A stretch of DNA of 64,000 bases from Camelus dromedarius (GCF_036321535.1 NC_087436.1:28026001-28090000); one strand, 5' to 3'; numbered from the stretch's first letter, positions 1-11,279 are shown. The notes: a model not told the origin generated them from the sequence alone. Numbers and translations are program-made.

Positions 1-2676
1 TTGTAAATTCCAGTTTTTAAAAAAAGACAATTTGCCACCTGTGCATGTTTCATCATACCCAGTGGAATGATAAAGCTAGCTTTTCACAGGTTTGGGTGAA
101 TATGATATGTTTTAGAAGAGATCCTATATCTTTGGTAACCATCTTAAATAATAGTTTAATTCAGCAAACTAAAGAAATAATAGTCAATGGTCTATGTTCT
201 GAGTTCACTGTTAGACACAGAACTAAATTATAATCCTTGATGCATCTGATTTATGATCCATGATTCTTTAAATTACAAACCTTCAATCCATATTTTCCAA
301 TGTGTAACCTATTAATGTATGCACACATATTTACACATATAGTGGTTATCATTCATTCATAAATATGTTATTAATTCTCTTTTCTCTGGACCTCTAAATT
401 ATTTTCTAGTAGGAACAAGCTTATAATAAATTTTCTCAAAAACTATATCCAATAGCACAATTTTGAAATGTTATTAATCTGAATTGTGGTTCATGATGTT
501 TCCTTTTAATTTGCAAAGTACTTTGACCTATAAGATCATTGCATGTTTAAACTGGCTTAATATAGACGATGTCCAAATAAACTAAAATTGCTATTTCAGT
601 CAATTGAAATAATTTTTCACTATAATGAACACACTTTTCTCATGCCTGTGTCTCTGACATGATGGACACTGATGGAATGTAAATACTACATTTAATGTTC
701 CTGGAAACAAATGATCAGTCTTGTTGGAATGACAGTTGAGGATCACATAACAGAATATTATGGAGACATTAACATTTTGTGAAATATACGAATTTAAGCT
801 TTTAGGATTCAGTTACAGCTTGCAAGGAAAATCCAGCAATTGTAGTTGTGTGTCCACTGCTGCTGTTACCCACAATCTGCTGGTGTAATCAACAGGAGGG
901 AGTTTGCCAGTGCCTGGACTGGATAAGCACTGGAGCAGGGCATGAAGCTTGGACCCTGTAGAGGATGGGAAGGACACTGGAAATGGTAATAAGAGAAAAT
1001 CGTGGGCTCACTGTGGATATTCAGTGGTCTTTATGCAGGACAAATGATGACCTTCCCTCATCAACAGCAATGGGGATGGACTATATTTGGATAATCTTAA
1101 TGCCAATTAAGTTGTTTATTATTCATTATATACCTTCAATGACATATACCAGAAACAGATTGTTTTCCTCAGGAACATACTTTAAAATGCTAGAATTTTC
1201 CCTTTGTCATCTTGGCCATATTCATATCCATCACTCATATTCCCATAAAACAAAATTACACTTAGCTAAGTAGAAAGTGCATATCGAATGCCTACAATAT
1301 GACTTGAAGTGTTGCAAATTTGCGTGTTTGAATTTGAATGCTTCCCGCTATAGTGAAGTGAGAAACAGTAGAGTGATCATTTCTCTGCAGTCTGGTAAAG
1401 AGCAGGAGAACAGGCCTGGAGAGTGCTTGACCCAGCTTGTGGGATCAGGGAAGAGCTCACAGGGCACTGATAAGCTCTTGGAAGTGAGGCTTATGATGAG
1501 TGACAGTTAAGAAAGCAAAAAATGAGAACATATATGTCATTTGTTTTCCTTATAAAGGATTTTACTTTTGAAAACAGCTTTAATTAGAACTATTCTATAG
1601 GGCCCAACTACCTAGAAAAATCTATTTGCTGGTCCTATGAATGTTTTCAAAAAATAATATATAATTTTAAAACATATATCTAGCTTAGAAAGTAAAAGTC
1701 CTGCTATGTATATTCCCAGTATTCATGTATTGCTATTCCTCAGAAAAATATTTCAACAGTATATTATTACCTTTAATTTTTAATATTTATCATTGTGGCT
1801 TTTTGTGGTTAATAAATGTGAGATTACTGATATCTTCAAAAGATAATTTCATAGGTATTAGTTTAATGTCACCATTCTGAATAACCAATTTCCACCAACA
1901 TTTTTCAAGACAAAATTCATGAACAGTTGACCAAGTTTTTATGCTGCAGGATTTTGCCTTTGCCATTTGGTTTCCCTTCAGTAGAGAATATATTTATCCA
2001 GTTAAAAATTGAAATTTCTTTGAAGAGTTTTCCATAGTTGGATATTTAAAATTTCAATTACATAATTTGTACCTTCATACAGTGTTTGAGTAGTCACCAT
2101 CTAATTTTTCAGTTCCTGCAAGTGAGGTACAGAACAAGTATGAAGGACATCGTGGGCCAAAGGGTGCTAGGTTCAGCTTGTGGGGTCATGAAAGAGATCT
2201 TTATTTGCAAACTTAAAAAATTTGCAGTTCACTATAATCTTCAAAAAAATTTTTTTAACCATTTTATCTATAAGATATTTTGACTAAAGATTTCAGGTTG
2301 TTTTTGAACAAATACAAACAAAATTTAATGCATTCACTTATTTAAACTATAAATATTATTGTGGAATACACAGGGTAATTTATAAGACAACCTTCAATGA
2401 CTCAAATATTTCTGAAGGCATATTGATTATCAGAAATGAAGAGAAAAATCCAGTATTCTAGGTTGAAGTATCAGTTTTCCAACAACTGTTCCATAAATTT
2501 TGTCAGTTACTATAGTTATCACATACACACACACATATATTATGTAATATATATATGTACATATATACACTTTATATAATTATGCCATATTTATGCCAAT
2601 TAGTAGCATATCATAGCTTTTGGTGAAACAATTATAAATTGTATATGCACTACCAATAATGCTAATATTTCTACTC

Positions 2677-3032
2677 CGTGATAGTTGATGTTATGTGTGA
2701 ACTTGAGAGTACTTTTGAATGAGATTAATATTTAAATGGGTGAATACTGGGTTAAGTGGATTGCCCTCTGTAATGTGGGTGGGCCTCATCTGATTAACTG
2801 AAGATCTACAGAGAACAAGAAGACAAGCAAGAGAAAGTTCTCCAATAGACGTCTTCAGTCTTCATTCTCACCACTGTTTCCTCTGGGTCTCTATCCTGCA
2901 GCCCACACTGCAGATCTGGAACTGCCAGTCACCATCATTTTAGGGGACAAGTCTTTACAATAAATCTCTACATATATGAAATACACACACATCCTACTGA
3001 TTCCCTTCCTTTGGAAAACCCTGATTAATACA
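2677..3032 (+). mobile_element. MLT2-type (ERVL) solo LTR
   Basis: Starts (c/t)GTGATAGTTGATGTTATGTGT. Contains the typical MLT2 segment GATTGCCCTCTGTAATGTGGGTGGGCCTCATC and AATAAA, and ends GGAAAACCCTGATTAATACA. Near-TSD TACTC (2672-2676) / TATTC (3033-3037). Confidence 0.85.
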
Positions 3033-3169
3033 TATTCCATAGGTTTTTAATTCTGTAGAAGTATCACTTTTACCAAAATATTTCCCCCTCAGAATTATTT
3101 GTATTATCAGTGAAAACAAACATTTCATCTCTATGCTAACCTTTTAAGTAAGTTTACAGTAGCATTCAG

Positions 3170-3582
3170 AATGTGTCCTCTAGGACAGACTAAAAAATTT
3201 TTTTTTGGGAGATGACTGATAACACACATACCCAACAAGCTATGTAAGAATTTATCACATACATGAGACTTCTTGGAGAGGGTAGGGCAGGCTCCTAAGT
3301 TGGAGCCAAAAGGGCTTGAGCAAAGGGAGGGGTGAAGTGGCTCTGATTTTGCTGTGGTTAGGAGGAGGGGCTGGAGTAAATGGGGCAGGAGAGTGTGGCA
3401 GTGCACTGACAGGGATGTGCTTTGTGCATGGGGTGTGAACTTCCCACTAGTGCAAGGGCAGGGACTATGCAAGCTTTTTCATCCCTTTACCCAAATATGG
3501 AGCAAGAGAGGAAGTGGGAGGTGTGGGACCTGAAAACTCCCAGTGATCAGACATCAACAGTAAAGTCAGACTCTTTATTACA
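3170..3582 (-). mobile_element. Solo LTR, probably ERV1 class (family not assigned)
   Basis: The minus strand begins TGTAATAAAGAGTCTGACTTTACTG, an LTR-like start resembling eutherian LTR consensi. The body is GC-richer than the flanks. The left boundary is approximate. Confidence 0.6.
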
Positions 3583-5941
3583 ACCATGAATCCATAAATT
3601 GTATAAAATATCAGCTGATCTTTGAAATGAGCTTACTCTGCATTTGAAAGATCTACCTGCATGTGTGTGCATGTGTGCGAGTGTCTATGTGTGTGTTTGC
3701 ATACTCAGGTTTGTACACATGGACAGAAGTAAGAAGTAAGTAAGTAATTACCTAGAGGTTTCCTGAGTAAAAAGGAGTAACACTGGAACTTCATAGTATT
3801 GGATTTCCTGATTATCAGAAATATAAACTTCACCCAGGGAAAGTATGTTACTCAGATTTTCTCAAGGTGACAAAAAAAGAGCAAAGAAAATGCCTTTTGG
3901 TGGCATTTATTTTCCCTTTGTGCTAGACAGCAAGTGATGGGCAGCGTAGAGATAGAAAATTAGCAATGAGGGAGGTTTAAAGAGAATAGAGACAGTTTGA
4001 AGTAGTTATGGGGAAAGAAAGGGTCAGTCGCTTTAATATGCTGTTTTAAGATTCCATGTCTGTCAGTGGCTGCCTCCCCCATCAATGAACGAATCTCCCT
4101 TTACTCTTTTATGAAATGATACTAGGCAGAAAAGAACACAACTGTCCCCACAGAATTTTGTCATTCAGAGTAGTAGTTATATCGGCTATGTTCTTGCCCT
4201 CAAGGCTGTACCTGGCTTGGGATTTTTTCTCAGTTTGTATAAATTGCAGTTAATCTAGTTAAGAAGGAAGGAAACTTTGATGTATTTTTATCATCACCAC
4301 TTCAATTAAATGTAATGTTTATATTTTTAATCCTGTACAAATGAAATTTAATATTTCTATGTGAAGAAAAATGAAATAGAATAAAATTTGGAAAAACAAG
4401 AAGAAAAAAAAAACCTGATTAACAGCAGCACTGGCTCCTATAATAACCATCTATAAAACACCACCTGAAAGACTCAGTGTCTATTTCAAGGGCTGCTGAA
4501 TTGTTAATGAGTAATTCAAGACAATTTGCTACTTAAATGGAAGTATGAATGAGTGTTATTACAGAAAACGTGTTAAATCATAAAGACAGTAGATAAGCAA
4601 GAGTTAAAACTGGTAGGAGGAAAAAATGTAAGAAGTCAATCAAATTAGCATGAGCTTAAATAAGTACCTTTTATACCTTTTGTTCCAACCAACAAAAGCA
4701 GCTGTTTAGCTATCTAAAGTGACTTAGATCCATTTGCATTTATCTCCTCTTAATACATTAAAATTTACCATGTAAAGACTAAGTCTATTTTTTCGTCTAT
4801 AGATCACAGGTGTTCAAGAAATTTAGCCAGTTCCCCAACCTTCTTTAAATACAGTTTCTCTAGATTTGAAATATGGAAATGAAATCAGCAGCTTTCCTAA
4901 CTCCTAGACTTATAAATTAAATTCAACTACATAAATTTTAAAGGTAATAAATTTTTATTTAAATATTTACTATCTTGTTTTTTATGTGCTTTGTATCTAA
5001 TAAAATGCTATAACAGTAAAAACTTTAGTTGTTCAGGCAGTGGGATAGTTGTGTTTATTTCACTATTACATAACCACAGTACAGGAAAATGAGTTGCTGT
5101 ATACATTTGTCATTACTTTAATTTTGAACCTGAGGACATACTGCCTACATAGATATGTAAGTACCTGCACAAATATATGACTTTTACCAAATAGACTGCA
5201 AATTATTCTAGAACAAAGCACAAGTCTGAACACAGATGCACAATGAACACTTTTTATTTTATTTTAAGGTTGTATTTTATAATTTATCAACTAAAATAAT
5301 TTAGGTAGGTAAATCCTCCAATTGAGAAACCAGTAAGTACTGCTATGAATACTGCCTATATGATAGTTTTCAACCAATTTAGATTAAAGGAATAAATCTA
5401 AAATGATTTTATTAAATTACTGTAAAAAGGTTTGCTCATAAGTACGTCATTTTTTAACATACACTTAAAGAATAATGAAAATGCATTCACTAGACAGATA
5501 TAAAATAGTTTATTCCCAGGTACATATAGATCTCAGGGTTAAAAATAATTATTTTCTTTTTATCCTGTTTCACAACTAAAATGATCAAGATGTTTAAACT
5601 AAATTTATGATCTAGTAAATGACAGTAGATACTACAGCTTTGTAATTAGAATCATCTTTTCCAACTTTAGATTTCTTTGCTATTTCATCATGACAATTAT
5701 TATACTATAAAATAAAACCTATGCTCTTAAACACCAAACGGTTCACCTTCTGTTAGACCACAGTGTTAGTTTTTGATTCTAAAATATGGAATTTTTTCTT
5801 ACTTGAATTTTCCTAATTTAAAAAGGCATGTTGTTAAATCTAATAGGAAGCTAATTAAAATGCTCAGCTATATGCTTCTAATTATAGGTTGTAATTCTTA
5901 ATAAGTTATTCTTAGAAGTTTAATATATATGTGTAATGATA

Positions 5942-7420
5942 TTATTATTAAAATATCAAGTTATCAAATTATCAAAATACCAATGGTATTTTTCACAGAA
6001 CTAGGACAAAAAAATTTTAATTTGTATAGAAATACAAAAGACCTCGAATAGCCAAAGCAATCTTGTGAAAGCAAATCAGTGCTGGAGGAATCATGCTCCC
6101 TGCCTTCAGACTCTACTATAAAGCTACAGTAATCAAAGTAGTTTGGTACTTGTACAAAAACAGACATGTAGCTCAATGGAATAGAATAACAGCCTAGAAA
6201 TAAACCCGCATACTTATGGTCAGGTAATCTATGACAAAGGAGCCAAGAAAATATAATGGAGAAAAGACAGTGGCTTCAATAAGTTGTGCTGGGAACACTG
6301 GACAGCTACATGTGAAAGAATAAAATTAGAACATTCTCTAACACCGTATACAAAAATAAATTCAAAATGTATTAAAGACCTAAATGTAAGATGGGACACT
6401 ATAAAATTCCTAGAGTAAAATATAGGCAGAACACACTTTGACATAAATTGCAGCAATATTTTTTTGGATCTGTCTCCTAGAGTAATGAAAATAAAAGCAA
6501 AAATAAACAAATGGGACCTAACAAAACTCAAAAGCTTTTGCACAATAAAGGAAACCATAAACAAAACAAAAAGACAACCTACAGAATGGCAGAAAATATT
6601 TGCAAATAATGTGACTGACAAAGGATTAATTTCCAAAATATACAAACTCATACAGTTCAATATCCAAAAAACAAACATCCCAATCAAAAAATGGGCAAAA
6701 GACCTAAATAGATATTTTTACAAATAAAACATACGATGGTCAACAAGCATATGAAAATACACACAACATCACCTAATTATTAGAGAAATGCAAATCAAAA
6801 CTACAATGAGGTATCACCTCACACCAGCCAGAATGGCCATCATCAAACAGTCTACAAATAATAAATGCTGGAGAGGGTGTGGAGAAATGGGAACCCTTGT
6901 ACACTATTGGTGGGAATGTAAATTGGTGCAGCCACTATAGAGAACAGTATGAAGGTCCCTTAAAAAACTAAAAGTAGAGTTTTCTTATGATACAGCAATC
7001 CCACTCCTGGGCATATATCCAGAAAAGATGAAAACTCTAATTTGAAAAGATACATGCACTCCGATGTTCATAACAGCACTATTTACAATAATTAAGACTT
7101 AGAAGCAACCTAAATATCTATGGATAGATGAATGGATAAAGAAAATGTGATATACATACACATACACACACACACACATACACACACACACACACAATGG
7201 AATATTACTCAACTATAAAGAAACGGATGAAATAATGCCATTTGCAGCAACAAGAATGCACCTAGAGATTATCATACTAAGTGAAGTAAGTCAGACAGAG
7301 AAAGACAAATGTCATATGATATAACTTATATGTGAAAGCTAAAAAAATGATGCAAATGAACTTCTATACAAAACTGAAATAGACTCACAGACATAGACAA
7401 TAAACTTGTGGTTCCCAAAG
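5942..7420 (+). mobile_element. L1 (LINE-1), 5'-truncated: 3' ORF2 and start of 3' UTR (left part of an interrupted element)
   Basis: ORF 6464-6727 translates to an L1 ORF2 C-terminal region (KAKINKWDLTKLKSFCTIKETINKTKRQPTEWQKIFAN). Stops and frameshifts occur elsewhere. Left TSD copy AATATATATGTGTAATGATA at 5922-5941. Confidence 0.95.
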
Positions 7421-7687
7421 TGGATTTTCCCAACCCAGGTGCAGTGAACAAAGGATCCAGGAACCCAGGAGAGGGAAGAATAACTCTCCAAAACCAGGTG
7501 CAGTGAAGAAGGCCCCCAAGAAAGGCAACAAGACCTAGGACCAAGAGGCAAGAGTGGATGAAGCCAGGAAGTCCTCTCAACAGCTGAACAAGGACACGAA
7601 GACCCCTTCCAGTGCCAGTGGGCCTGTGGGAAGTCAAAGGTAGAAGGAGCAGCCGAGATTCTTAAGTCCAAAGGAAACAAAAGCTGG
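7421..7687 (+). pseudogene. H1-8: Processed pseudogene of oocyte-specific linker histone H1.8 (H1oo), 5' piece (C-terminal tail coding region)
   Basis: Hand translation across frameshifts gives DFPNPGAVNKG...SPKPGAVKKAPKKGNKT*DQEARVDEARKSSQQLNKDTKTPSSASGP..GKSKV...TKAG. This is colinear with the human H1FOO tail as I recall it (EDPPN...PPKPGAA...GEARK...APSSAGG...KTKA). In-frame TAG at 7536-7538. Confidence 0.85.
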
Positions 7688-8240
7688 TGAGGCAGGAAGC
7701 CCCATAAGACTGGCAGGACCCCTAGGCAGGGCCACTGCTCTCCTCCCAGCACCATCCGGTTCCCTGGCCCAGAGGCTTTATCTCACTTTTTGCCTCTAAA
7801 GCAGCTAACTTACACCTAGAATTCTATTGGTTCCCTGAGCTCACTTCTGATTGGTTATTACTCTCACTTCTGATTGGCTATTACTCTCACTTCTGATTGG
7901 TCCACTTCCCTAACTTCTGATTGGTCCATTTGTAGTACTTCATTTGCATGGAGCCTCACTCCTGATTGGTCTATTTCTACAAAGCTTGTTCCTGGTTGGT
8001 CAACTTTTGTTGTATTTTATTTGCATATGATGTTGCAAAGTGTAAAACTGGCAGCCTATAAAAGGCCTGTGTAAACCTACAGACAGGGTCCAGAATTTGA
8101 AGTGTTAACTTCTCTGGGCTAGCTGGTGTAATAAACCTGAGTTCTCCAACTCTCCGAGTGCTGCTTGGTCTCTTACCTGGATCCAGGTTGCTGTCACAAC
8201 TGAGCTGTAACACTGAGCTGTAACACATTTTCCCGCAACA
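7688..8240 (+). mobile_element. Solo LTR (ERV1-type), 553 bp, inserted in the H1-8 retrocopy
   Basis: TG...CA termini (TGAGGCAGG...CCCGCAACA) with a perfect 4-bp TSD CTGG at 7684-7687 and 8241-8244. TATAAAA at 8057-8063 and AATAAA at 8130-8135. Confidence 0.9.
7826..8063 (+). promoter_or_regulatory. LTR U3 promoter module: six ATTGG (inverted CCAAT) boxes, two octamers, TATA box
   Basis: ATTGG at 7826, 7850, 7873, 7896, 7920 and 7965 (unit CTCACTTCTGATTGG, ~23-24 bp period). ATTTGCAT at 7942-7949 and 8019-8026. TATAAAA at 8057. The motifs are seen directly; activity is unknown. Confidence 0.65.
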
Positions 8241-8244
8241 CTGG

Positions 8245-8644
8245 GAGTCAGAGTTCAAAACCAGCAGTCACCAAGGGTAAGAATGGTGCTGCTTCCACAG
8301 CCAAAAAGAAGATGGGGAACAAGGTCCCTAAAGAGGTTGCTGCCTAGGGGGCTGGAGAGAGGCTGAAAGTCAAGGCTCCTGCTCTTCTCAAGGGCAGTGG
8401 GTCCAAGATGGAGCCTGTACCATTGGCCAGGAAGGCAGAGGCTCCCAAGGGCCCAAGGAGGCCTAGCATTCCCACCAAGTCCTCACCGTCCAAAATGGTC
8501 AATAAGAAGGCACAAGCTGAGAGCTAGAGGCAGGGTGGAGAGAGACTGGACTCTACATTTTTATTACCCTAAAAGCAGTCACTCTACTTACTTCACTATA
8601 ACCTATTTATCAATAAAGACTTTTTCCCCTGACACACAAAAAAA
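8245..8644 (+). pseudogene. H1-8: Processed pseudogene of H1.8 (H1oo), 3' piece with stop codon, 3' UTR and poly(A) remnant
   Basis: Translates SQSSKPAVTKGKNGAASTAKKKMGNKVPKEVAA*GAGERLKVKAPALLKGSGSKMEPVPLARKAEAPKGPRRPSIPTKSSPSKMVNKKAQAES*. This matches the recalled human H1FOO C-terminus (SKSSKPTASKVKNGAASPTKKK...AKGSGSKVVPAHLSRKTEAPKGPRKAGLPIKASSSKVSSQRAEA*). Premature TAG 8345-8347, natural TAG 8525-8527, AATAAA 8612-8617, A7 at 8638-8644. Confidence 0.9.
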
Positions 8645-8646
8645 CT

Positions 8647-8926
8647 GTTGGGATTAACAGACAAATACAACTATATATAAAATAGATAAACCACAACGAC
8701 CTGATATATAGCACAAGGAGCCATATTCAATATCTTGTAATAACCTATAATGGAAAAGATTCTGAAAATATATATAAATTTATCTATATGTGTCTATACA
8801 TGTATATATAATTGAATCACTTTACTATACACTTGAAACTAACACAACATTGTAAATCAATTATACATCAATAAAAAGTTGTTTCAAAAATAATAATGAA
8901 TAAATAAAAGTAATACTAATTATTTA
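8647..8926 (+). mobile_element. L1 3' UTR end and A-rich tail (right part of the element starting at 5942)
   Basis: GGGATTAACAGAC...ATAGATAAAC...ATTCAATATCTTGTAATAACCTATAATGGAAAAG...AACACAACATTGTAAATCAA is a cetartiodactyl-type L1 3' end. Right TSD copy AATACACATGTGTAATGATA at 8927-8946 (2 mismatches to the left copy). Confidence 0.92.
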
Positions 8927-9019
8927 AATACACATGTGTAATGATAGTTTTAGTTATAGCAAGTATGTATTGACTTATACACACACAACAGACATTTTGA
9001 AGATCAGTTTAAATTCATA

Positions 9020-9112
9020 ATCTCATTTATAATTACACTGCCTCAGTGAAGCTGATGCAATTTTATACTTTCATTTTACATGTGAGGGAAATAAGGTATA
9101 GAGAGATTAAGA
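9020..9112 (-). mobile_element. MIR SINE fragment
   Basis: CATTTTACATGTGAGGGAAATAAGGTATAGAGAGATTAAG resembles the MIR core (CATTTTACAGATGAGGAAACTGAGGCTCAGAGAGGTTAAG). Confidence 0.55.
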
Positions 9113-9129
9113 AAGTAGAAGGAAGAAAT

Positions 9130-11245
9130 TGACAAAGAAAAGTCCAGAATTTGAGACAGAGGAAGATAGGTAAAACCAGTAACACTAAAACTTTCTCTGT
9201 AAAGAGATTCAGAAGTAAAGATTTTTACTTCTTATTCTTTCAGAAAAGGCAGGCAAAGCAAGGCAACAGTGAAGCAGTATTTTCAAGAAATTTAAAAAAG
9301 AATGTATAAAGCAAGGACCTTACATCCAGCTAAGCTTTCCTTAATCTCAAAGCTATATAAAAACCATTTTGAATGTTGAGAATGTTGAAGAATATTGATC
9401 TCTTCTTTCTGAGGAATCCCATGGAGAATGAACTTCATCCAGCCAAAAGATGACTGAAAACTTCAGCAAAAAAACAACATTGATCATTTTATATGTTTGT
9501 TGAGCTACAGTTGCCACAAGGGTGGGCTCATGGGTTGAAAAATTACATGTAACATTATGGACTCTGACAAAGCAGAAAGGATGAAAGTAAAAATTGGGAT
9601 TGGGAGGGAACAGGTAGAAAAAAGGAAAAGAAGAATAAGATTATTGATTGATATGTAACTAGGTGCTAGTTAAAAGATACTGTATAAAACTAACATAAGT
9701 CTTTGGATAATGTTAAGTAAGAAAATACTTTAAAAATATGAACACAAAGGTAACCACTAAAATAAAATACAAAGTACCAAACTGGTAAAAGAAAAATATT
9801 TTAAGAAATTTTACTGAATGAAGAAAGATACAGAATGAATATAGTAGTCAGTAATTACAATGTAAGATAGTAAAGAAAACAGGTCAATCAATGTGAATGA
9901 GCGTAACTCATCCATTAAAAAAAAAACAGATTCTAAAATTTATGCATAAAGCAAAGTCCACCTTACGCTCTAATCAAAAGTTTTGGGAAAAAAAAAAAAA
10001 AGTAATGAGCAAATATTTATCAGGCAGTGGAAAATAGTGAGGCAAAAGGCCTTGTAGTCTTGATACCAAAGTAGAATTCAAGACACAAAGCGTTAGCAGA
10101 GATAAAAAGTTAATGTTAAAAGACACATCTCACAATGAAAATGAGCCGTTCTGAGTCCATATGAGTAAATAACGCAGAAACCATTTATGTAAAATTAAAA
10201 AATACGTTAGATATCATTAACATACCATTTATAGTACAAATGAAGTAGACAAAATTTAAATTAAATAAGAATATAAAAGATAGAGACAATATAATCAACA
10301 AGGTTAATCTCGTAGATAACTTCATTGAACAACATACCCCATTAGTAGAATATACTTTATTTTCATGTGTATATGGAAAGTCCAAAGTACACACACAAAA
10401 AATCAGTAGGTTTTATAACAGAAATAGGATAAAACTCAATCTGGAAAATAAAGTTAAATTGAAATAGAAAGATTCCTTCACACAGAAATTAAAATACTTT
10501 CTATTAAATTATTTTTTAGTAAAGAGGAAAATACAGAGAAATTACATGAGTTTAGAAAAATTCTGATAATTAAAATAGTACCTATCAAAATCCATGACAT
10601 ATATTTTAAACACTGATTGAAAGGAATTCCATAGTCGAAAAGATCTATATTAGTAAAAATGTAATGCTAATAATTTAAATGAATTTAGTCCCCATCATCA
10701 TAATGTGAAGAAGCAACAGCAAAATAATCTGAAAGAAAATACAATGAAGGAGATAATAAAGATAAAAGCAAACTCTAGTGAGGTAGAGAACAGAATAACA
10801 GATCAAATTAATAAATCAAAGGTCTGGTGTTTTGAAAATAATCAACAAGGTAGGCAAAACACCAGTTAATAGGAATGGAGGAACAAAAATTCTATAGAGG
10901 GCACTGTTAGAGTAATTGCCAACACAGTGATATAGATTGTAGATTGGATTGCTGCATCTATTCTAAATTTACTGAAGTTGATAACTGTAATAAAGTTATA
11001 TAAGAAAATATCCATAAATTCTTATGAAATATATACTGAAATTTTTTGAGTTGAAAGGCATGATATATAAATGATTCTTTAAAAAATCTCTCTCTCTCAA
11101 GAGAAAGAGCTTGAAAGCAAATGAGGTAAATGTTAACCACTATTACTAAATCTGGGAAAAATAGGAAAAGAGTTATATGGGTGCTCTTTGTACTTTATTT
11201 TTATAACTTTTCTGTAAGTTTTCATTCATTTTCATCTAAAATGGT
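9130..11245 (+). mobile_element. Old degenerate L1 (L1M/L1ME): ORF1 end, ORF2 endonuclease region, 3' end fragment
   Basis: Strongly A-rich plus strand. CCTTACATCCAGCTAAGCTTTCCTT is ORF1-like, AATGTGAATGAGCGTAACTCATCCATTAAAA resembles the ORF2 start, and GGTGCTCTTTGTACT...AACTTTTCTGTAAGTTT resembles an L1ME 3' end. Confidence 0.7.
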
Positions 11246-11279
11246 TTAAATTTGGTAAAGCTCTCTGCACTAATGGTAA

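Noticed and set aside
965..1510. Adjacent ORFs of 102 and 77 aa and a possible exon near 1391-1483
   Set aside because: No recognisable homology, weak splice signals, and lengths compatible with chance.
6229..6727. ORFs of 152 aa (-) and 87 aa (+), and similar ORFs at 26036-26540 and 42828-43088
   Set aside because: Sense fragments and antisense shadows of degenerate L1 ORF2, not host genes.
7326..7755. Minus-strand ORFs of 103 and 138 aa, and plus ORF 8397-8657
   Set aside because: Antisense or off-frame readings of the H1-8 retrocopy, L1 and LTR. The homologous frame is different and disrupted.
7826..7970. Regularly spaced ~23-bp repeats superficially like a CRISPR array
   Set aside because: Tandem units without unique spacers, inside a mammalian LTR. 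This is a CCAAT-box array.
7421..8527. Functional H1-8 paralog
   Set aside because: Lacks the N-terminus and globular domain, has in-frame stops (7536, 8345) and frameshifts, and is split by an LTR.
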